From Bacteroidota bacterium (GTDB lineage: Bacteria > Bacteroidota > Bacteroidia > Bacteroidales > JAAAOM01), in NCBI GenBank assembly GCA_009908855.1, contig JAAAOM010000003.1:77663-141662 (forward strand): a DNA stretch of 64,000 nt, written 5' to 3'. Both the position numbers and the translations under genes were made by a program. The notes beneath the pieces are model-generated. The model had not been told where the DNA came from and made no database searches. It was given only the letters and a program-made list of their open reading frames with translations. Within the stretch, counting starts at the first letter, position 1, and the number at the start of each line of letters is the position of its first letter. Below are positions 20,901 to 29,203 of this stretch, in pieces.

Positions 20901-21789
20901 ACCAGATTATATTGCTCTCCAACATTGAATTACGGGTAGTATACTGATGCAATAATTTACCGTTCCCGTTCATTTCAAATATACCGTCACCATGTGTTCC
21001 GATCCAGTATTTGTCGGGGCCCAAATCCACGATAGCGGTTACAAAGACAGTTGTTTGTTCCATATCGGGTGTCAGATCCCTGCAATGCCATTTTTTTACA
21101 AACTCCATATTGTAGCATTCAACACCTTTATCTTTGGTTCCAATCCAAATATTGTTATATCTGTCAACCAGGGCAGTTTCATTATTATTGCTGGCCAGTG
21201 AGCTAAGGTCATCAGGATCGTGAGAAAGTTTCACAATACTTCCGTCATCTTTGTGCAGAATATAAATTCCCGTTGATTCGGTAACAATCAACAACCTGTT
21301 ATTTGTAATTTCCAGGATTTTTAATACCGTGTTCGGCGGCTCTGACTGAATATCAGCAACCAAATAAGATGTGAACCGGTCTATATCTCTTTCGTAACGA
21401 TTAAATCCATTAACTGTGCCTACCCACATTACAGAATCAGCATCCTCCATAATACAATGAATTGAATTGTCACTCAACCCATAATCGTTTTGGTTATAAA
21501 TAGTAACGTGGTATCCATCGTAACGATTTAACCCATCCCAGGTACCAAACCACAGAAAACCGTACACATCCTGATATATCGCTTCTACATTGTTGTTGGA
21601 TAAACCGTCTCTGATAGTAAATTTCTGAAATTTTTGATTTTTATGGGACTTACAGGTATATGCAGCCTTACTGTTTAAAGTAAACAGTATGCAAAAGATG
21701 ATAATAATTACCCGGGTATAGTGATAATTCATCATTATTAAATTCCAGCATGGATTATGCGAATAAAATATACGCAATAAATCAGACAT
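17920..21789 (-). pseudogene. disrupted hybrid sensor histidine kinase (periplasmic beta-propeller + Y_Y_Y, TM, HisKA, HATPase_c, receiver)
   Basis: Four consecutive ORF fragments reconstitute one roughly 1270-aa protein. Fragment 20257..21789 carries propeller repeats (WFGT/WIGT/WVGT). Fragment 19391..20416 carries more propeller repeats plus Y_Y_Y (TYHFHVKGSNNDGVWNE). Fragment 18674..19324 carries the TM helix, a coiled coil and HisKA ([18 protein letters not shown]). Fragment 17920..18735 carries HATPase (DNAIKYT, DTGIGI, GAGLGLSI) and the receiver (LIVEDEE...DIVLLDIKLPDYDG). The breaks are a frameshift at the C5/G5 run 20417..20421, an in-frame TAA at 19391..19393, and a frameshift within about 18770..18801. 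Confidence 0.8.
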
Positions 21790-21849
21790 TGTTGTAGATT
21801 TTTATTAAGAAGTTGTTAGAAACAATAAAACTTTTTAGCTTTGCGGCCA

Positions 21850-21935
21850 TTAATAACGGGGTGCCTTAATACAACGGGCTGAGATCATACCCATAAAACC
21901 TGATGCGGATAATGCCGCCGAAGGGAGCGTATGGT
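21850..21935 (+). promoter_or_regulatory. TPP (THI-box) riboswitch
   Basis: The sequence GGGGTGCC...GGCTGAGATCATACCC...AACCTGATGCGGATAATGCCGCCGAAGGGA matches the conserved THI-element core (CUGAGA, ACCUGAU, GGAUAAUGCC, AGGGA). It lies about 60 nt upstream of the TonB-dependent receptor start. Confidence 0.85.
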
Positions 21936-21993
21936 AAACGTAATGGAAAGTTCCCCGCTTTTCGCTTTGTTTAACCAATAATATTTTTTCATT

Positions 21994-24279
21994 ATGAAAC
22001 GTTTTTACATTTTTTTGGCTTTGGTTATGAGCTGTTTAAACGGTATCTCACAACAAGTATCAGGTGTGGTACTTAACAAACAATCCGGAGAACCATTAAT
22101 CGGGGCCAATGTTTATTATTCTGAAACCGGAAATGGTACTGTTACCAATGCTGAAGGCTACTTTTCAATGAATGTTCCCCGCTCTGCAGAGCATATAACC
22201 ATCAGTCATGTCGGGTTTAAAACAAAGAAAATTGCCATAAGCGATACAGTTAAAGCATACCTGGCTCCGGCTGTGGATTTGGAGCAAGTAATTATACAGG
22301 CTGTCCGTGCCGGCGATCAGGACCCTGTGACGCAAAGTACGGTTGAGCGCAAAGAACTGGAAAATGTGTATAATGGTGAGCAACCGATATTTTTTCTTGA
22401 GGACCTGACTCCCTCAATCATATCCTACTCCGAATCCGGAACTAAATTAGCCAACTATGGAAGTATGCGTTTGAGAGGTATTGGTCAGGAAAGAATTAAC
22501 ATGACACTGAACGGGGTTCCATTAAATGATATGATTGATCATGGCGTGTTCTTTTCCAATTTCACGGATATCGGTAACAGCTTCGAATCGGTACAGGTGC
22601 AGCGGGGAGTCGGAACCAGCAGCAACGGTGTGGCTTCCTATGCCGGATCAATTAATTTCGAATCTGTTAATATTGAAGACCGTGAACAGGGCGGACAACT
22701 GGAACTGGGACTTGGTTCTTTTAACACATACCGGTTAAATAGCAGTCTTTCCTCTGGTATGATTGATGATAAATGGTCATTTTATGGCAGCTATAGTCGC
22801 ATTGCTTCTGATGGTTTCAAGGATAATACCGGTACAAATGCATATTCGTTTTTCTTTTCAGGTGGTTATTTTGGTGAAAAAGATATGTTTAAGATAAACG
22901 CTTTCGATGCACGCTCCAAAAACGGATTGGGTTACAATTCTGAACCGGAAAGTGTATTAAAAAAAGATATAACTGCCAATTCGCTAAATGAGAATGACCA
23001 AGACGACTTCGGTCAACGCCTGATACAATTACAGCATACCCATATTTTCAACGATTTGTTCTCGACCAATGCTTCACTTTATTATGGAGGGGCATCGGGG
23101 GATTTTTTGTATACGTATCAGCATCCTGATGATACAACCGCCCTGGCACAGATTAACTATCCGCTTATAAATGACCACTATGGCCTTATGGTTAACGGGT
23201 TCCTGAATTATGGTCAATGGGAAATCAGTGTTGGTACCCATGGGTATATATTTAAGCGGGTAAATGAAGAATCATTTACACCGGATTTTGCCAATCCCTA
23301 TTATTTCGAAACTTCCGACAAAAAAGAGGTCAGTTGGTTTGGAAAAGTTCAATGGACCAATAGTACCTGGCGCATTTATGCCGATGCGCAAATGAGACAA
23401 ATGAACCTTTCCATTCACCCCGATTATGATGCTCCCGGCATGGAAGGCGTTGAACCTGAAGGGGAAATTACGAGAAACCGGACATTTATTAATCCCAACA
23501 TTGGTGCAAGTTATTCTTTCTCTGATCATTTATCGGTGTATGCATCCCTGGGGAGAATGGGACGCGAACCAACACGGATCGATATATTAGGTGGTTTTAG
23601 TTTATCTGCAGCCAATTTCGAGTTTGCGCAATCAGATGCTTTTAAGCCTGAGTATGTAAACGATTTGGAAGCAGGCATTAAATGGAATTCACAAATGTTG
23701 GCAGTTAATACAAACTTTTTCTATATGGATTTTGAGAATGAAATAGCGCCAATTGGTGAGGTATTGGCATTTGGCCTGCAAAAACGCCGAAATATCCCTA
23801 ATAGTTATCGTACAGGTGTTGAAATGGAGTGGAATTATCTACCCGTCCGCTTTATCGGTTTCCAGGGAAATCTGACCTATATGCAAAGTGAGATTGAAAC
23901 ATTCACATCCGGCACTGGTGAAACATACAATAATAAAACTCCCATACTCAGTCCTGAAATTATAGGACGGGGAAGAATAAATATATTTCCGGCAGAGAAT
24001 CTTTCGGTTAGATTCTCCGGGAATTATGTAGGCCAATCATTTCTGGAGCTTACCAATGATCCTGAATTTACGCTACCTGCTTATTTTACAATGGATGCCG
24101 CCATTGCCTATGAATTGGGAAGTATATCAATACGATTGGAAGCTAAGAATTTAAGTGATCAACATTATTATACGAATGGTTCACCATTGGATCTTGATTT
24201 TGACGGTACAAATGATGAACCCGGATATATTGTAAATGCCGGCAGAAATTATTTTTTATCAACAACATTTAAATTCTAG
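21994..24279 (+). CDS. TonB-dependent outer-membrane receptor, probably thiamine/thiamine-precursor uptake
   Basis: 761-aa ORF with a signal peptide, a CarboxypepD_reg-like N-domain (VSGVVLNKQSGEPLIGANVYY), a plug (RGIGQERINMTLNGVPLND) and a C-terminal barrel ending in aromatic F. It is preceded by the TPP riboswitch, and there is no SusD partner. Confidence 0.88.
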   Translation: MKRFYIFLALVMSCLNGISQQVSGVVLNKQSGEPLIGANVYYSETGNGTVTNAEGYFSMNVPRSAEHITISHVGFKTKKIAISDTVKAYLAPAVDLEQVIIQAVRAGDQDPVTQSTVERKELENVYNGEQPIFFLEDLTPSIISYSESGTKLANYGSMRLRGIGQERINMTLNGVPLNDMIDHGVFFSNFTDIGNSFESVQVQRGVGTSSNGVASYAGSINFESVNIEDREQGGQLELGLGSFNTYRLNSSLSSGMIDDKWSFYGSYSRIASDGFKDNTGTNAYSFFFSGGYFGEKDMFKINAFDARSKNGLGYNSEPESVLKKDITANSLNENDQDDFGQRLIQLQHTHIFNDLFSTNASLYYGGASGDFLYTYQHPDDTTALAQINYPLINDHYGLMVNGFLNYGQWEISVGTHGYIFKRVNEESFTPDFANPYYFETSDKKEVSWFGKVQWTNSTWRIYADAQMRQMNLSIHPDYDAPGMEGVEPEGEITRNRTFINPNIGASYSFSDHLSVYASLGRMGREPTRIDILGGFSLSAANFEFAQSDAFKPEYVNDLEAGIKWNSQMLAVNTNFFYMDFENEIAPIGEVLAFGLQKRRNIPNSYRTGVEMEWNYLPVRFIGFQGNLTYMQSEIETFTSGTGETYNNKTPILSPEIIGRGRINIFPAENLSVRFSGNYVGQSFLELTNDPEFTLPAYFTMDAAIAYELGSISIRLEAKNLSDQHYYTNGSPLDLDFDGTNDEPGYIVNAGRNYFLSTTFKF

Positions 24280-24434
24280 CACGATATTTGCTTGTAATCA
24301 CTTTAAACGCACTATTATAAAATTCAAACCTGATTTTAACTTTTTTTTAGAGTGCAGGTGAACAACATAAGAACAATAAAAGCGTTAGAATATTAGGTTC
24401 TCATAATGTTTAGGTTTAGATTTCTAGGGTTTTT

Positions 24435-24468
24435 AACCGGGGTGCTTATTGTGGCACTCCGGTTTTTT
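24435..24468 (+). terminator. rho-independent terminator-like hairpin
   Basis: AACCGGGGTGC / GCACTCCGGTT forms an 11-bp stem with one G-U pair and an 8-nt loop, running into T6. It lies 156 nt after the receptor stop codon. Confidence 0.6.
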
Positions 24469-24594
24469 CTTGCATGATTTAATCTGACATGAATTTATAT
24501 GAGCAAGGGTTACTTTTCGTCGTTACGGTACATTAACTATCAAGCGGTTAAGTAATCTTAAAATATTGGAATATAGTTTTGCGGTACTGGATAG

Positions 24595-24614
24595 TAGTTA
24601 GTTAGTTAGTTAGT
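24595..24614. repeat. (TAGT)5 tetranucleotide microsatellite
   Basis: Direct reading gives tagttagttagttagttagt. Because the period is 4, it places stop codons in all three frames on both strands (TAG on +, TAA on -). Confidence 0.9.
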
Positions 24615-24619
24615 TTAAA

Positions 24620-24654
24620 GGGAAGTGGATGAATATTCACCTCCCTTTTTTTTT
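24620..24654 (+). terminator. second rho-independent terminator-like hairpin
   Basis: GGGAAGTG / CACCTCCC forms an 8-bp stem with one mismatch and a 10-nt loop, followed by T9. Confidence 0.5.
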
Positions 24655-24752
24655 AAATTGTACCAGCAATATCTTATTGGGGAAATATCAAATAATGCAA
24701 GCTACCCATCAATTATTGACAGCATTCAATTTCATAATTCAATGTTACGTAG

Positions 24753-25562
24753 CTAACCAAAAGCAACATCCAAAATCATCATCACGGTGAAGCCCAACAA
24801 AGTACCCAAAGTAGCCAAATCGGTATTGCCATGCAATTGCGATTCAGGAATCAATTCCTCCACAACTACAAAAATCATGGCACCTGCGGCAAATGACAGT
24901 GCATATGGAAGTATGGGTTCGATGAGGATAACCGCGGCGGCCCCTAAAACACCGGCAACCGGTTCAACTATACCTGAAAATTGCCCGTATTTAAAACTTC
25001 GCCAACGCGAAAACCCTTCTCTTCTTAACGGTACAGCAACCGATATGCCTTCCGGAAAATTCTGCAATCCGATTCCCAATGCCAATGCCACTGCCCCGGC
25101 AAATGATGCAGTGGTTGCATCCGAGGCAAGTGCTCCAAAAGCCACGCCAATAGCAAGTCCTTCCGGTATATTATGTAAAGTAATTGCCGTTACCAACAAA
25201 ATGCTTCTGTGCCAGTTGGTTTGTATACCCTCAGCTTTATTGCGCGGAAATCCAACATGCAAATGCGGTAGCAACTTATCGATACCCCAGATAAAAAATC
25301 CGCCCAATAAAAATCCGGTGGCTGCCGGGAACCAGGGAGCAATTTTATCCTGCTCTGCCATTTCAATGGCCGGGTTTAGTAACGACCAAAAACTGGCTGC
25401 AATCATCACCCCTGCCGCAAAGCCCATCATACCATCCAGCGCCTGACGGTTAAAACTTTTGAAAAAGAATACAACGGCAGCACCCAGTGCAGTAACACCC
25501 CATGTAAACAATGTGGCTAAAAAGGCCTGAAAAATCGGGTTTTGTTCTGCAAACCAATCCAT
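24753..25562 (-). CDS. zupT: ZIP-family divalent metal (zinc) transporter
   Basis: 269-aa polytopic membrane ORF with ZIP/ZupT-type motifs ([25 protein letters not shown]). Confidence 0.85.
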   Translation of the reverse strand: MDWFAEQNPIFQAFLATLFTWGVTALGAAVVFFFKSFNRQALDGMMGFAAGVMIAASFWSLLNPAIEMAEQDKIAPWFPAATGFLLGGFFIWGIDKLLPHLHVGFPRNKAEGIQTNWHRSILLVTAITLHNIPEGLAIGVAFGALASDATTASFAGAVALALGIGLQNFPEGISVAVPLRREGFSRWRSFKYGQFSGIVEPVAGVLGAAAVILIEPILPYALSFAAGAMIFVVVEELIPESQLHGNTDLATLGTLLGFTVMMILDVAFG

Positions 25563-25813
25563 GACAATATTTTTTTAGATTAGCTAACAAAAATGTTAAA
25601 TACCCCTAACAAAAATAAATTGTTGAAGCTGTTGTATAACAGTTTTGCGATAATTAATAATTATCAAAAATGCATGTCGGATTTTGCCAAAAGATAAAAT
25701 GATGGCCTATATGTTCGGTCAATCAGTAATCAGTTTAATACCTGTTTAACCCAATTAACCGAATCACTTCAGCATCGAAATACCCTATATTCATGTAAAG
25801 TGCATGAAAATCA

Positions 25814-26182
25814 TTAAGCGGCAGGTTTCTCGACCTTCAATACTTCCTTAAAAGCTTTTTCAAATGTTTCCTTTGGCAATGCACCCATAGCCATTTGGGG
25901 CTCGGCATCGGTAGGAATGAACAATAACGACGGAATACTTTGAATGCCAAACATTCCGGCCAGTTCTTTTTCCGATTCAGTATCTATTTTATAAATATTT
26001 ACCTTTCCTTCATATTCCCCTGATAGTTCTTCCAACACAGGAGCAACTTGTTTACATGGCCCACACCAGTCAGCATAAAAATCAATCACCGCCGGCTTGT
26101 CGCCCTCAAATTTCCACTCTTTGTTTTGTTCGAAATTGAAGACTTTCTCTTTAAACGTTTCTTTAGTCAAATGCTCTACCAT
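25814..26182 (-). CDS. trx: thioredoxin
   Basis: 122-aa ORF with the WCGPCK active site and a thioredoxin fold-length context (VIDFYADWCGPCKQVAPVLEELS). Confidence 0.9.
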   Translation of the reverse strand: MVEHLTKETFKEKVFNFEQNKEWKFEGDKPAVIDFYADWCGPCKQVAPVLEELSGEYEGKVNIYKIDTESEKELAGMFGIQSIPSLLFIPTDAEPQMAMGALPKETFEKAFKEVLKVEKPAA

Positions 26183-26345
26183 AACTATTTTATTTATAAA
26201 ATTATTAATCTAAATATATACATTTATACATTTGTTCAAAAATAGTCAAATTGTATACCAAAACATAATTTTTCAATATACTTTTCGCAGCAGCCAAAAA
26301 ATGGTAATTTTGTCCAGTATTATTGACAAATTGACATATCTAAAT

Positions 26346-27761
26346 ATGAATAATTGTCTAAACGACACTGTTTTTCAGGTTATTTCTGAATCGTTAGAAG
26401 AATTATCCCTTGAAGGCTATGTAATTGGCGGCTATGTTCGCGATTGCATACTGGAAAGACCCTCAAAGGACATTGATATAGTGGTGGTTGGCAGTGGTAT
26501 TGAATTGGCCCGACATACAGCCAGGAAACTGCCAGGGAAAGCCAACGTTACTGTATTCAAAAATTTTGGTACCGCCCAGGTTGTGTACAAGGATATGGAT
26601 ATTGAATTTGTTGGCGCCCGAAAAGAATCGTATCGCCAGGATAGTCGCAAACCCATTGTTGAAGACGGCAGTTTGCAGGATGATCAAAACCGACGGGATT
26701 TCACGATCAATGCCATGGCCTATTCGCTGAATAACGATACCTTTGGCCAACTCACAGACCCGTTTGACGGTAAAGCAGACCTGCAAAATAAAATCATTCG
26801 TACCCCGCTTGATCCGGACATCACCTATTCCGACGATCCATTACGTATGCTGCGTGCCGTACGTTTTGCCACCCAGCTGGAATTCCATATAGACAAAGCC
26901 TCATTTGAAAGCATTTCACGTAACAGTGAACGACTGCAAATTATTTCGGAAGAGCGCATCATGGACGAATTTAATAAAATATTGCTGGCACCAAAACCCT
27001 CATACGGTCTATTTTTACTGGATAGGACCAACTTGCTCAAACAATTTTTACCCGAAATGGCAGCCATGAAAGGTGTGGAATCGGTTGAAGGAAAAAAACA
27101 CAAGGATAATTTCATTCATACGGCCATGGTACTTGACAGACTTGCACCCCATACAGATAATTTGTGGCTGCGATGGGCCGCCCTGTTACACGATATTGGC
27201 AAACCCGGAACGAAAAAATTCTTTCCGGATCATGGCTGGACGTTTCATGGCCATGAAGTAGTGGGTGCCAGAATGGTCCCGGGTATTTTCAAACGCCTGA
27301 AACTCCCGCTCGGGCAGCCCATGAAATATGTGCAAAAATTAGTCGCTCTCCATTTGCGGCCCATTGCGCTGGTAAAGGAAGAAGTATCTGATTCTGCCGT
27401 ACGCCGACTGCTCTTTGAAGCCGGTGATGATATTGACGATTTAATGACGCTCTGCGAAGCTGATATTACTTCTGCCATTGACGAGAAAGTAAAACGTTAC
27501 ACACGGAATTTTAAAAAGGTGCGTCAAAAACTTATTGAAATTGAAGAAAAAGACGCCATTCGTAATTTTCAGCCACCCATAAGGGGAGCGGAAATAATGG
27601 AAATGTTTGATCTAAAGCCAAGCCGGGAGGTTGGTATATTGAAAAATGCGATCAAAGAAGCCATCCTTGAAGGAGAAATAAGAAATAATTACAACGAAGC
27701 CTATCAATATCTGCTTAAAAAAGCAGATGAAATAGGGCTTGATAAAAAAGTCAGACAATAA
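26346..27761 (+). CDS. cca: CCA-adding tRNA nucleotidyltransferase / poly(A) polymerase family protein with HD domain
   Basis: The ORF is open from 26232. The conserved PolyA_pol head starts just after MNNCLND (ATG at 26346): GYVIGGYVRDCIL..KDIDIVV, RRDFTINAM, and an HD region (LLHDIGKP). Confidence 0.85.
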   Translation: MNNCLNDTVFQVISESLEELSLEGYVIGGYVRDCILERPSKDIDIVVVGSGIELARHTARKLPGKANVTVFKNFGTAQVVYKDMDIEFVGARKESYRQDSRKPIVEDGSLQDDQNRRDFTINAMAYSLNNDTFGQLTDPFDGKADLQNKIIRTPLDPDITYSDDPLRMLRAVRFATQLEFHIDKASFESISRNSERLQIISEERIMDEFNKILLAPKPSYGLFLLDRTNLLKQFLPEMAAMKGVESVEGKKHKDNFIHTAMVLDRLAPHTDNLWLRWAALLHDIGKPGTKKFFPDHGWTFHGHEVVGARMVPGIFKRLKLPLGQPMKYVQKLVALHLRPIALVKEEVSDSAVRRLLFEAGDDIDDLMTLCEADITSAIDEKVKRYTRNFKKVRQKLIEIEEKDAIRNFQPPIRGAEIMEMFDLKPSREVGILKNAIKEAILEGEIRNNYNEAYQYLLKKADEIGLDKKVRQ

Positions 27762-27797
27762 TATTGAACCAATAAGCATTCAGCAAAGTTTAGCAGT

Positions 27798-28271
27798 ATG
27801 AAAAAATCTTATAGTATGAAGATAAAAGATGCCAATCGGATTTTAACCGTAATAGTTTTGGTTGTTTTTTTATCCGCCTGCCAAAAGGAAGTAAAAAAAT
27901 TACCCGATCATGCCGCCAATGAAACAGAAGTTACATCCGCCAAAACATTTGTGCAGAACTATTTTGAAACAATGCGAAATGATACGGTCTACAGACTCCC
28001 TGACAATATCAGCCGGGAAATGAGACAAAATATAACACCGGGTACTTTACTTGAATATTACCATGAAATTATTACCGGGTATGGCGATATGCAATCAATC
28101 CAATTTACCGAAGTATGGGGATCAGGGAAAGAAGATGCCATGAAAATTCTTCGTTTTAAAGGGAGGTTTGAAAAAATGGATCATCCCGCCGAGATCCGGG
28201 TACATTTGAAGGAAGACAGTATCATCCATGGATTTGAAATTAAACCCTGGAAAGATAATCTTTATCAATAA
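27798..28271 (+). CDS. hypothetical lipoprotein
   Basis: 157-aa ORF with a signal peptide and lipobox (VVFLSAC). I cannot name a family with confidence. Confidence 0.6.
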   Translation: MKKSYSMKIKDANRILTVIVLVVFLSACQKEVKKLPDHAANETEVTSAKTFVQNYFETMRNDTVYRLPDNISREMRQNITPGTLLEYYHEIITGYGDMQSIQFTEVWGSGKEDAMKILRFKGRFEKMDHPAEIRVHLKEDSIIHGFEIKPWKDNLYQ

Positions 28272-28277
28272 TTAACA

Positions 28278-28748
28278 TTGGCGATGAAAAGAACACAAAC
28301 AGGCTGGATATTTTTGGTTTTGCTACCGCTCATACAGGTTGCATTAACCGTTGCCTTTTGGCGGGAATATCAGGTTCCCGTCAGTGAATTTCCTGACCAG
28401 GCCAGGTATGGATGGTATACATCCTTGTGTATTGTATTGCTGTTACTGTTGTTGTTTTACCGACTCACCATTGTTGTTACTGACCGTGAAGTTCGGTTTT
28501 ATGTTGGTATTGGTCTCATCAGGGGCAACTACAAACTCGATAATATCACTGAGGTAAAGGCTGTCAGTTATTTTCCTTTGGGTTGGGGTATCAGGCTGAG
28601 ACCCGGAAAAATTATATACAACGTTTCCGGACGGAAGGCAGTTGAATTGTCCCTCAATCACAGAAGAAACAATGTGTTAATAGGTACCAATCACGCTGAA
28701 GAGTTGGCTGGTTATATCAGGGCCAAAATTAACCCACCGGAAAAGTAG
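28278..28748 (+). CDS. hypothetical membrane protein (two TM helices plus a small soluble domain)
   Basis: 156-aa ORF starting 6 nt after the preceding gene, with two hydrophobic helices followed by a roughly 90-aa domain. Confidence 0.55.
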   Translation: MAMKRTQTGWIFLVLLPLIQVALTVAFWREYQVPVSEFPDQARYGWYTSLCIVLLLLLLFYRLTIVVTDREVRFYVGIGLIRGNYKLDNITEVKAVSYFPLGWGIRLRPGKIIYNVSGRKAVELSLNHRRNNVLIGTNHAEELAGYIRAKINPPEK

Positions 28749-29203
28749 CAATTTAACATTGGAATTATTATCATTACCATACGCAACCAAATAGTATTTG
28801 TATGCATCTTGTATTTAATTCGATCACGCATTGAGTGTTATATCAGGTTCTTAATTGGTGTTTGGTATTTCCGTTCAAAATTGAATAGTGCAAATTTGAA
28901 TAATGTTTTATAATTAAACCCATATTGAGTGATGACGCTGAATCGATTAAGTAAATGTAAGCATTTCGCTATTCGTATTCGGTAAATGCAACCTTTTCTA
29001 TCTCAATAGTCATCGCGACGGGTTAATCCTAAGTGAAGCGCTTATTTGTTTTGCTCCTCGATTAAAATGCCGGGCTGGTCAACCGCTCAACTCAGGTTAA
29101 ATTGAAAATGCAGGAATGGAAAAAGAATTTTGTCATCGGGTGTAAATTATAAAACACCAACAAAATTGATAAAGTCATTTACATAATACTTAAATTACTT
29201 ATC

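Noticed and set aside
24787-25446. 219-aa ORF on the + strand
   Set aside because: It lies entirely antisense to the well-supported ZIP transporter gene. Its Ala/Pro/Ser-rich low-complexity translation is typical of a shadow frame.
26232-26345. Longer start for the CCA-adding enzyme
   Set aside because: The first 38 residues are AT-rich promoter-like sequence only 50 nt from the divergent thioredoxin start. The conserved domain begins after the ATG at 26346.
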